A stretch of DNA of 64,000 bases from Callorhinchus milii (lineage: Eukaryota), in contig NW_024704743.1 in the NCBI RefSeq assembly GCF_018977255.1, positions 90,398,001-90,462,000 of the forward strand, in the 5' to 3' direction. Below are positions 23,753 to 35,408 of this stretch, piece after piece. Under the pieces are notes generated by a model that saw only the letters and a list, made by a program, of their open reading frames with translations, searched no databases and was not told the origin of the DNA. Positions within the stretch are counted from its first letter, which is position 1, and every line of letters starts with the position of its first letter. A program made the position numbers and the translations under genes.

Positions 23753-24189
23753 TAGACAGAAAATGAGGAAGAGAAAGGTAAAAACGCATTGATTGAAATG
23801 GGAGAGAGACTCATTCACATAGTTATGTTTGCCACCGAAGCTCCCTCCTAAAAATGCTTTTCTCAGGTAAGCCCTCATCCGTATTGCCCATCCTTGGATG
23901 GGCTACTTTGCTAGAAGAGTATGATCTAAATCCTTTTTGCTTCAATTAGAATCCCTTTTGATTGAGCTGAGGAATAGCAAAGGATCTGTGCCATCACTGG
24001 GTGTATATTATAGACTGCCAAACAGTAAAAGGAAATTGAGAATGAAATCTGAAGACAATTTAGTGACCCTATTAATTATGGGGTTATAATTGTAGGAGTT
24101 ATAAATAGACTGGACCAAATTAAAAAGTTCTCAAATTAAAAATGTTTAGTAATTATTAAACACTAATATTTGTTTTAACTTTTATGCAG

Positions 24190-24340
24190 TGAGCGATGGG
24201 TTGTCCATGAGACCAACATACAATGGAATTGTACACTGCTTCAGGAGCATTTGGAGGCAAGAAGGAATTAGAGGACTTTACCAAGGAGTCACCCCTAATA
24301 TTTGGGGTGCAGGATTGTCTTGGGGATTGTATTTTTTCTT
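24190..24340 (+). CDS. SLC25A32: SLC25A32 coding exon 2
   Basis: (V)[52 protein letters not shown] acceptor, GTAAGT donor; 151 bp. Confidence 0.97.
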
Positions 24341-24469
24341 GTAAGTAAAATAACCCAAATTGAATTTAAAATAGAAATTCCCGAAATCCATGTTGGAGTG
24401 TGTACTTAAAAAATATTCTTAGACTTTTATCCAGAACAATTCAATTGCTGTTTGACAGATTATCCTGTA

Positions 24470-25190
24470 AAAGATCAAGCCCCGAATGAGCCCCACCAAC
24501 TTAATGTCAACAAAACTAAAGCCTTGCTGTTTGACTCCTGCCAGTGCCTGTTCACCTCTGGGACTGACCATATCAACGTCCCCAGGTGCTCACTCCAACC
24601 CACAGAGCCATTGCTGAATCTCATCATTTTATTCAACCCTCACTTCCTTTGTGGCTTTCACCTGATCTTTGACCAAATCTCCTTCCCACCATTTCTGCAA
24701 AATGACCCATCTCTGTCCCTACCTCACCCCCAGTACAACCAAAACACCCTTTTGTCATCTCCAGACTTGACTTACGCAAATCCTTGCTCGCCAGCTCAAC
24801 CCTCCACAAGCTTCATATCACCCAGAACGCCACAGAAAGTATTCTTTCCTTGCTTCACTGGCTCTCTATTATCCAGCAGATTGATGTAAAGATCCTTGTT
24901 TTCACCTTGAAATGCTTCCATTCCTTGCCTGATCCTACTGTATTTTGTGATCCTAATTCTTCCCCTCTCACCTGCTCTGCCAATTCAGGCCTGTTTCATG
25001 TCCTCGTGATCTCTGGAACTTTCCCTAAATCAATACATATCACTCTCTCCCTCTCTGTTTTGAAAACTTATCTTCAACCTTCTCTTTGAATGCACATTTA
25101 GCCATCTCATTTCTATTTTGCCCCCTCTGTAAAATGCTTTGAGAAGCTTTCCAAATTGAAAGTTGCTATGAAGGACAAGTTGTATTTATT
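24470..25190 (+). mobile_element. Old degenerate L2 fragment
   Basis: Remnant motifs LNVNKTKAL, LHWLSIIQQIDVKILVFTLKC and a decayed tail; boundaries approximate. Confidence 0.7.
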
Positions 25191-26012
25191 TTTAATTCCT
25201 CTTTAAATGCATTACTGACTTCCTTTTGGAGGTCGGCTGAATAAGGTAGACAAGATCATTAAGAGTAGAGATCAACATACAAGCATAGCCTTCAAATTAT
25301 TGGGATCTGCCTCGCTGTATTCTTTGTATCTGCTTTTACAAAACAGTGACAATAATTGGAACATATTAGTGACTTTCATGTAGGGAGAATGTCTGAAAGT
25401 GCTTTACAAAAACTAAATGGGAACCTGAGATGGGAGGGGAGGTGGTTAAAAGCATAATCATCTTTAGATGGGTTTTTAAACCAGGAAATGTGTGAGTGGA
25501 GGAGGTGGGGGGATTTTGGAAGAGAAGAAAAGAATTAAAGAATATCAAACTTAATTTGGAAACCGGTTTCCTATTAAGAACCACAAACAAGCCTTTCAAA
25601 TGAAGTCTTTACTTTAGACAATCATGCATGATCTTAATTGTTAAGATTAAATGTTCTTAAGTGGAATTTCTGTCCTCTTAATATCTTTAAATAGTGTCCA
25701 AAGGTTTCAGAAAATGTTCAAAAGAAAGGACGAATTAGTAATTCATGCTGCGTTATGAATAGCTACAGTATCCTTTTTAAGAGGTAAATGTAAATAAATA
25801 TACTCTTGTACCTTTTTAAAAATATTTCCAATATCACATAGAACATGCCAGTAGCATTAATACTTGATATCCAGATTTTTAGGGGGGAAATTAATTGCCA
25901 AAGCATTTCAGATTATAATGATGATCCAAACATTTGGCACAAAATTATTCCTAATATTCCTTATTTTTGAGATTACTGTTTAGTTATTAAATGTAGATGT
26001 GCTTGTTTTCAG

Positions 26013-26098
26013 TTACACTGCCATTAAAGCCTACAAGCAGGATGGTCGACAGACGCAACTTAGTGCTGCTCAGCACCTTGTCTCAGCCGCTGAAGCAG
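26013..26098 (+). CDS. SLC25A32: SLC25A32 coding exon 3
   Basis: YTAIKAYKQDGRQTQLSAAQHLVSAAEA; TTTTCAG acceptor, GTGAGT donor; 86 bp. Confidence 0.95.
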
Positions 26099-26412
26099 GT
26101 GAGTAGTTTCAGAAATGAATCTTAAATTTAAGTGCCGGTAGATAATTAGAACTGACCTCATGTCTTTGTAAGTTTATTAGTTCATTAATATTTGTGAGTA
26201 TGATAATATAACTGATTGTTGTTATGTTACTCAGTTGCAGTTTACTTCATTCTTTATTCCTATCAGCTGATGTATTAAATATTCTATTTAACATAATATA
26301 CCACCTACATTTTTATATAATCAGAGTAAATATAAAAAAAAGTAATGTATACATAGAAATAACTTCTACTTTAAGCGTAAATTAATTTCTCAAATGTACC
26401 TATATTTTATAG

Positions 26413-26573
26413 GTGCAGTGACGCTTTGTCTCACAAACCCAATTTGGGTGACAAAGACACGGCTAGTCCTGCAGTATGATGCAGGTGTTGACCCATCAAA
26501 GAGACGGTATAAAGGCATGTTTCATTGCCTTTTGAAAATATACCAGAATGAAGGTATCCGTGGACTCTATAAG
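26413..26573 (+). CDS. SLC25A32: SLC25A32 coding exon 4
   Basis: [22 protein letters not shown]...EGIRGLYK; second carrier motif is PIWVTK (Trp in place of the acidic residue, typical of the folate/FAD carrier group); 161 bp. Confidence 0.97.
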
Positions 26574-26900
26574 GTGAGGTAATGTTTTAAAAATTACCCT
26601 ATCAGTTACACTAGTGATGGAAAAACAATTAGCTTTTTTTTAGTTTTCCCTCTAAGAAAAACAAGACAAATCTGGTTTGTTGACTTTATATGTATCCCCT
26701 CTGTGTCACATTCCATTGACCATATCAGCATCCGTGTGTGCTCTCTGAGCAAGACTGTCAAACAAGGAGCAAGTTTGTACCTGCATGAACCAAGTAAACT
26801 CAGATCACAGGTGAAAAAACTGCCCCCCCCCATTTTGCACCTAGTTCCCCTTAAAATGTGCTTTAACAAATTGTAAAATGGCCCTGATTTCTGTTTATAG

Positions 26901-27014
26901 GGATTTCTACCAGGTCTCTTTGGTACATCACATGGGGCTCTTCATTTCATGGCTTATGAGGAGCTGAAGAGGGAATACAATAACTACCAGAAACTGCCAA
27001 CAGATACCAAGCTG
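26901..27014 (+). CDS. SLC25A32: SLC25A32 coding exon 5
   Basis: [41 protein letters not shown] acceptor, GTAGG donor; 114 bp. Confidence 0.96.
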
Positions 27015-28349
27015 GTAGGCATTATTCTTACAATCATACTGTGAATGAGATAGGTGGTCAGTGAGATCTCCTTGGAACTGGGCTGGCGTGATGTGAATGG
27101 TAGCAGAATGTCGTAAGCGGGTACAGTACTCCAAAGCATTGGTGATGACAGACTAGCCATGCCAGGTTCATTGGTCAGACTTGGAGGGGCAAACAATTCT
27201 GCAGAACTCCAGACACTGCTGATGACAGCAGTACCTCAACGCACACTCAAGGGTCCCCAGGCCTTTTCTAGCAATGAATCCTGCATCAATAATTGTTCAT
27301 TCAGATAAATAAATGTTCATTCAGATTGCAAAGCACTTATTTTGTGTTCATATGAATCAAGATAACTATTGACCAACAACCCAGATAGATTCTCTTTTTT
27401 CTCTGCCTTGATGTTTCATATAGTAATACAACACTTAAGAATTACAACCTGTAATGTATTTGTTATCACCAGTAATATCACACCATTGATAAATATAGTC
27501 ATTGTGTGCTATTTAATTGAACTAAATTTGCAACAATTCAGAATTACCAGTAAGATGATTTCTAATGGGTGGGAGGGGGAGTGTAGAACTTTGTGATCAG
27601 TGCTTGAAATAGCGTACTCGTCGTTTTTCCCATTCCTGATGTATGTTGCGTATTTTGTGACGTTTTTGGGTGCATGCCCATGCTGCTCATCTCTGATGAT
27701 CTGCAAAAACCTCAAGATATACCACATGACATAAAAAGACCACATCCAAACCTGTACAAAATGCACCCCTTGCACAGTGGTGACCTGATGTTAATGAGGG
27801 ATTACTTTTTTGTTCCATCTTTCCCAATAGTTTAGAAATGTTTTACTAATAGATGTAGCTGAAACTGCATTTTGAGAGGGGTTATGTAATTGATCTGAAA
27901 GATTTTGCACTTGAATCTAGCCTTCTCATTAAACGTTCAAACCTGAGTTAGTTTAGAATTAAGAATATAGAGCAAAGATTGAAAAAGGACATTTAACTTT
28001 TACCTTGTACAATTTTCCCTGTCTATGCTTAAATCATGATCATTACTAATAATTTAGTTTGGTAATAGGGATATGATTCATTCACATGTGTGGGAAAATG
28101 ACATCTTCAGTATCCTTGAATGCAATTCTCGCCCATGAGTGCAACTGGATGGTTTTTTGAAATATTTCTCAGGTTTTGGTTAACCTGTGAATATAAGATG
28201 AGTAGCAATTATGAAACTTAATTGGGGGAAAACATGTTGCCTTATATTTGGAACAATACAGTAAGAGTAAGTTTACGTTATTAATGTCAACATATTCCAG
28301 TCCTGAATTATGTCCCCACTTAATTTATTATTTAATTTATTTAATTTGC

Positions 28350-28538
28350 CCCCTCCTTAGCCTCCTTCAAGTCCTGCAACAAGACCCTCCTCTTCGACCA
28401 TCCCATCAGCCACCCCCCCTTCCCTTCCCCCGCGCCCCCCCGACCCCAGCTCATGTCTGAAATGCTGTACTCTGTCCAGCGCCTTGGGACGTCCTCCTAA
28501 CGTGAAAGGCGCTATACATATGTAATCTTGTTGTTGTT
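28350..28538 (+). mobile_element. L2 LINE 3' end fragment
   Basis: AGCGCCTTGGGACGTCCTCCTAACGTGAAAGGCGCT stem-loop plus (TTG)n. Confidence 0.82.
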
Positions 28539-28929
28539 TTCTAATGGAAACAAGTTGTTTTTAACTGGTCCTTAGAGCTCAGTTATGAGACTGTAAACTG
28601 ATGCTGCTGGGTATGGGTATTCTGCAAGACATTGACTCGCTAAAGGGAAGGCTAAGTTAAAATGGGGGGATGTGGTATTGAATATGCTCCTTTCTTGTTC
28701 CTTGTATAGATAAATGACCTGATTTTTTTTGGCTCAGTACAAAATAGTTAAATAGACAGTTATCAAATCAGAGGAGACAGCCAAGATCTTTCTAAAGAGA
28801 GCTCAATAGGCTATGTACTTGGACTGGTCACAAATGAATGATATTTCAGTAGATACATGGTTGTTTGACTACTAATATTCCTATATTTTTAATTAAGTCC
28901 ATGTTTAATTAATCTTTTCTCTACTCCAG

Positions 28930-29075
28930 AATCCCTTTGAATACATAGCTATGGCAGCATTGTCCAAAATATTTGCTGTGTCAGCAACATATCCATATCA
29001 AGTAATACGGGCTCGCCTTCAGGACCAACATAACCAATACTCAGGAGTAATGGATGTCTTACGAAGAACATGGAG
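28930..29075 (+). CDS. SLC25A32: SLC25A32 coding exon 6
   Basis: [48 protein letters not shown](R); CAG acceptor, GTGAG donor; 146 bp. Confidence 0.97.
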
Positions 29076-29554
29076 GTGAGCTTATGAACTGGTGAAACAC
29101 ATACGAATGTTTTAATTTGCTAACAGCTAGATAAAATGCCAAATACAAAAACAGGCCTAACCTGTTATTTGACACAGATTAACTGCCACGATTTACCTCC
29201 ATAACAATTGTTTTGTGTTAATGTATCTGATCGAGAGAAGCACAAAGCATTTTGAGATGTTTCAGTCAGTTAATGGACTATAAATACATTGGGGTTTGTT
29301 TCCGGGGAAAGAATGTTTTGGTTTGTAATAGGAGTTGTAAATCACAGTGATCCATGGAAATCCACTCCAATGTGATCCACTTCTGGTTACTAACAAGAGT
29401 TGTTATTGCAAGTTGGGCCCAGACATTGCATGCGAAACGCATTTAAATATTTAATATTGATTCATTGCAGCTTCTATTACCAAGCAGATACTGCTGATGA
29501 GTACAGAGTATTAATCATATCAGCTTTTTTTTTCCTTCATCTAATTAATTTAAG

Positions 29555-29860
29555 ATGTTTCCACTTGTGCGGGAGACCAAAACCAGGGGCCATAAATATA
29601 AAATAGTCACCAATAAATCAAATAGGGAAGTCAGAAGAAACTTCTTTACCCAGAGAGTGGTGGGAATGTGGAACTTGCTACCACAAGGAGTAGTTGAGGC
29701 TAGTAGAATAGATGCATTTAAGTACCCAAGGGAGAAAGGAGTAGAAGGTTATGCTGATAGGCTTGGTTGAGAAAGAGCAGGAGGAGTTTCATGTGGAACA
29801 TAAATGCCGGCATGACCAGTTGGGCCAAATGGCCTGTTTCTGTGCTGTATATTCTATGTA
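29555..29860 (+). mobile_element. CR1 LINE 3' fragment
   Basis: TRGHKYKI...RRNFFTQRVVGMWNLLP and GGGCCAAATGGCCTGTTTCTGTGCTG 3' UTR. Confidence 0.85.
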
Positions 29861-30424
29861 AGTATCACCCTGGATCAGTTCTGACTTCTCCCTCAGAAGT
29901 ATGCTCACATCCGAGGCATTCATGCCTCACATCGGGGCTTTAAACTTGTGGTCTATGTAAGTTGATATCCCAATAGGGTGCTGGGGGAACACTGCATTAT
30001 TGGAGGTGCTGACCTTAAATGAGATGTTAAACTGCAGTACCAACCACCTATTCAGGTGGAAAAATCCAAGACAACAGAGTTTTCTGGTGTCTGGCAGAAA
30101 TTGTAAATTGTAAAGTAAATTGGTCATTTACTTCATGGCTGTTTGTGGGACATTGCTTGTGAAAATTAGCTCTCATGTTCACCTTCAAAATCCAGCTGCT
30201 GCACTTCACAGTGAATCCTGTGAAGGGCTTTGCGATGTGTTTCCATCGTGAACAAATGATGGTTTCCAGCCCATATAGACGGTCTTCAACGATAAACTGC
30301 ACAGGGAGCTACCTGGCGGCTAAATCTTGTTTTATTTCACCTTCATTTTGATCCAGGAACCAAAATAACTACCTGTAAGTACAATTTTATTGTTCAATCT
30401 ACTGAAACAAAACTTTTTTTTCAG

Positions 30425-30554
30425 GAACGAAGGGGCTCATGGATTTTACAAAGGAATCATTCCTAATGTGCTTAGAGTGACTCCTGCGTGTTGCATTACG
30501 TTTGTGGTATATGAGAATATATCTCGTTTCTTATCTGGTTTCCAACAATCATAA
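30425..30554 (+). CDS. SLC25A32: SLC25A32 last coding exon
   Basis: [46 protein letters not shown] (TAA 30552-30554); exons sum to 960 bp, 319 aa. Confidence 0.96.
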
Positions 30555-30884
30555 TTCATTGGACTGTTGTGAGAAGTTGAATCACTAAGGTATGATGTAC
30601 AAGGTGTGAGGAAATCAACTTGTTCTCATATAAGCACCTCTGCAACAGATCTATTTTAGGTCTCCAGCTCTTCAAATTAGTGATATTTTGATTACTGCTC
30701 TTAATTTATTTCTGTTTTGTAAATCTGCAGTGGTTGCAGGCTATGACATGACTTACAAGTTTGAAGTTAAAGTACTATGTAAGATAGTTTTTAAAGTTTT
30801 AATTTAAATCATTTAATTTTCAAGAGTCTGTATAAAACACAAGCAATTAACATTTTGCAAGCAATAGTTACAACGAATAATAAT

Positions 30885-31131
30885 AATAAAACTATCAGCC
30901 TGCTATGTTGTTGCAGGGATCTTTTGTAATAAAGTATTTTAAATATATTTTGTAACATTATGCAAAGTTGATGGAAATTAAATGATATAAAGTGTAAATA
31001 AAGATAATCATGGTTGACTTGGAGAAGTTTGTTTAGACTGGATCAATTCTCAAGCCTATGGGACATTGTGATGCAACTGAAGCTAAATATTGTATTCCTG
31101 AGACTTTTTCCTGGTTGCAGATCTGAATAAA
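30885..31131 (+). terminator. Cluster of candidate SLC25A32 polyadenylation signals
   Basis: AATAAA at 30885, 30928, 30997 and 31126 downstream of the stop codon; which one is used is unknown. Confidence 0.55.
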
Positions 31132-31781
31132 GTTTTAAGGATGTCTGACTTAAGTTTCTGATCACAAAAGTGAAGGATTTGACTTTGTTACCTCAGGCAC
31201 TATTGATTGCATGTGGGGTAGCATTTGGAGCATTTAATTACAGTAGTGCCAGATGGAGATTCAACATTTCTGATATGCTCGAGATTTTCCCTGACTTTTA
31301 CCTGTGTATGGACTATCACCAATACAACAGCAACAACAAGTTGCATGTATATATTCACTGTTAAGAGGAATAAGTTGTAGTTCTGTTGGCGGGTGGACCT
31401 TCCCCATGCTGAATATAAGTGGAAGGAAGAAATCTATGAACACAAATATCAGCACAACCTATAGCACATGTTTTTTTACTTTTTTTTAAATCAAATTTCT
31501 ATTGAACAAATATCTCAAAACTGGAATAGTTGTAGAAACCGGTCTTACAACACACATAGGATAACTATTCTAAGAAAAGGCTATTTGCAAGCTATCCATG
31601 CATATTACTCCTCAACATGCTGTTTTCAATTTTGCAAAAGTACAAGTTTGAAAAATCTTGTAAATAGACATCATATTTTGTTAAGCATTGTTAGACAAAA
31701 AGCCTTAAACTTAAGTGTGTTAGTTTTGCGTTATAATATTAATGAAAGAGCCTTGGAACAGTTTTCCGTGCAACATCAAAG

Positions 31782-31988
<207 letters not shown>

Positions 31989-32550
31989 TCAACAGGGCTG
32001 TATAGAAAGAACCTTTCCTTATGGTAGATATCAGCGTGGGACTCATTGCATTGTACATACGTAGCAGAATTATAGGTACTTGTTTTTTTCAGTTTATTGC
32101 TATTAATCTGCTGTTTCAATGATAATCCTAATCTCATTATTTCACAAGGTCAGTTTTGGGCAATAGTTTTAATCCTCTGTGCAGGATTTTTTTTTCATAC
32201 TATTGTACTTGAAATAGCAAATTGTAATCTTATACATTTTCCCCTCCAATTTTCTATTTCTGTCTCCTAAAGATGGTGATTCCTGTGCTCCCAAATGTGG
32301 CAAGTCTATGGTACCTTGCGTAGGTGCCACTCACTTTGTGAGCCGAGTCAGCGGTTTATTCAACCAGGAATAAGGGAAGGAATTGAGGGAGAATCCCGGC
32401 AAACTTTTTATTATTCTTCTGATTTCTACACACATAGACATTACGAATAGGGGACTTTAGATCGTGATTTTCTTTATTTCCACCCTTTCTTAGCAGAGAT
32501 CAATGAGTTAGCCTAGCCCTTAATGGACTACATGGCTCATTACGATACTA

Positions 32551-32889
<339 letters not shown>

Positions 32890-33568
32890 CTATTGCATGT
32901 GCTAAAATTAAATCTGATAAAGAACATTTTCTTTTATCAATTTCCAATCCAATCCAAACAGGGCAAACAACAACATCAATAACAACATGATTGCATTTAT
33001 AGAGCGCCTTTCACGTTGGTTCGGGACTCACTCAAGTCACTCAAAAAAAAACTTAATGTGTTGTCAGTGCAACAGTCTAAATTTCATCATTAGTTGTTTA
33101 CAATTTACCGCAAATCAACAGTTTAGGAAAACAGTCTTTTCTGAAATATAATGCAATTTTTGTATTTTGTAAGTTTGGACTTGTTTTAAAGTATGTGTTG
33201 ATCAATGCTTTCCAGTAACTGCAACTAACAATTAAACAAAGAGTCAATGTGGCTCTTCATTGAATGGAAAGCTCACTTATCTGGTGGAAGTCAATCATGA
33301 GAATAACTGGAAATCAAGGAAATATTGATTGCCATCCCCATAAAGAAGCACTCTTCAGCACTTGTTACGGAGCTGGTATTTATACCCAATCTCCCAGTGA
33401 CTAGTCGGAGTTTGTTGAGTTGGAATGACAAAACCATTATCCCATCCCGTTTATATTGAGTAAAATACGGGCAACTCAAGAAGAACTGAAACTATTGACC
33501 ACAAGCTTGCAATTGACGACACCCCAAAGCCAGAAGTCAGAGTCATATAAAAGCACTTATATATAAAA

Positions 33569-33810
33569 AATAATAATCCTTAGATTTAATATAGCACCTT
33601 ATCACGTCTTCAAGATGTCTCAAAGCGCTTCACAGAATATACTGTAAAGTGAAATGATTGTATATTTGTGGGCAAAACGCAGCAGTGTCCTACAAATAGT
33701 CGTGGATTGAGTGACCAAATTATTATTGTTTTGTTTTTTTGAAGGATATCCCCGGAAAAGCGATCCGTCAAATGACTAACAACTGGGTTTCTACTTACTG
33801 CTAAGTAAAC
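33569..33810 (-). mobile_element. SINE, long form, truncated
   Basis: Family body and tail in reverse orientation. Confidence 0.85.
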
Positions 33811-34833
33811 TAATAAATAACAAAATACTAATAAAGACAAAATGTTTGTCCGTGTGTCTGTCTAACCAATTGACGTAGAGCTATGAATAAACCTTATTAT
33901 AAGTAACATAACATGCAGGAGTAGGCCATTCGGCCCTTCGAGCCTGACCCGCCATTCAATCATGGCTGATCTTCTAATCTAACTCCAGCTAATAACCTGA
34001 CCCTGCCTTATCCCCATATCCCTTAATCCCTTTTGCAATAAATATATTATACCTTATTACACCTCATTGGAAAGGTCTTGCATGGGTATATTTTGGGCAT
34101 TTTTTTCACACTTACGATACTGCATTTATGTAGCGCCCCTCACGCAGGGTAGCAGCCCAGAGAGCTTGACAGCAGCGGAGCACCATTAATGTCACTCAGC
34201 GGTTTTGTTTTAGGTGTCTGTTTTTATCAAATATCCCCTTCCTGCCCCCCGCATACATAACCAACACCAAACATGAGTACAGTCTTAAGTTGCATTTGTA
34301 CAGCTGGAATTGAAACTGTTTTGCTCCCAACAGTAGAACACTATAGTATGTTCCCTCCATGTTCCCACTACCTCTTTCCTAAGGCAGCTAACACTGCCAT
34401 CTACACCTCCATCTTCAGGCTTGATTACTCCAATGCCCTGATTGCCAGATTCCCAAGCTGCATGCTTCACACTCTCCTGCATACGATCCAGAACTCTGCA
34501 GATCATGTCCTCTCCTGCATCAAGCTCATCACCCCCATTCTAGCTTGACCCACATACCCCAGCAGGTCAAATTCAAGATTCCTGACCTCACTTTCAAATA
34601 ATTGCATAGTCTCACCCCACCCAACCTTAGTGATCTGCTACCCTGCTCCCTCTGGCCTTCAAATCCCACCTAAAGACCCATCTCTTTTTGCCTCCTTTCC
34701 CCACCCCATAACCTTGACAGATCAAGACTTTGTTTTCCGTAATTCAATGCAAGTGCGCATGTGTCGACGGGTTAATACGTCATTTCTCGTGATTCAATGC
34801 AGCCAGTAAGTGCGGGTGTAATGGGGGTTAGGG

Positions 34834-35408
34834 GAGTGGCATTACGAGTTAGGAGGCGATTAATACAAGTAGTGCAAAGAAATCTACGTGGTTTTGATAG
34901 GAAACTGAATGGTACTCGGGTGAATGTATGACTTATACAGTTTATAAAGATAAGACTTATTCAAGTTTTAATGTACTTTCTTTACTTTATTGCCCAGGTC
35001 AGATACTGCAGTGAAATTGCACCAATATCAGAACAAACCTGGATTTCAACATAAATTTAAGGTGGATTAGGATTTATTTTACAATTGCTCTTAAAATTCT
35101 TTGCATTTATTTTAACAGAATGTTCCATTTTTCTGTCAGGCTTTGGCTTATTAACCATAAATCTTTCAATGAAGCCAGAAATAGTTCCTGTCTCCCCTAT
35201 GCATTGCTTGTTTCTTTTTCCAATTCTCTTTGATTATTAACTGAATGTGTGATGAGAAAGTTACTCTTTACGGCTGCTTTATGGAGAGTGACGTTACGAG
35301 TTAGGTGATTAATGCAAGTAGTGCAAAGAAATCTAAGTGTTTTTGATAGGAAACTGAATGGGACTCGGATGAATGTACAACTTAGGTGAATATATGGTTT
35401 ATAAAGAT
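34834..35408. repeat. Diverged direct repeat of ~120 bp (34834-34951 and 35286-35408)
   Basis: Shared TTACGAGTTAGG...CAAGTAGTGCAAAGAAATCTA...TTTTGATAGGAAACTGAATGG...TTTATAAAGAT. Confidence 0.9.
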
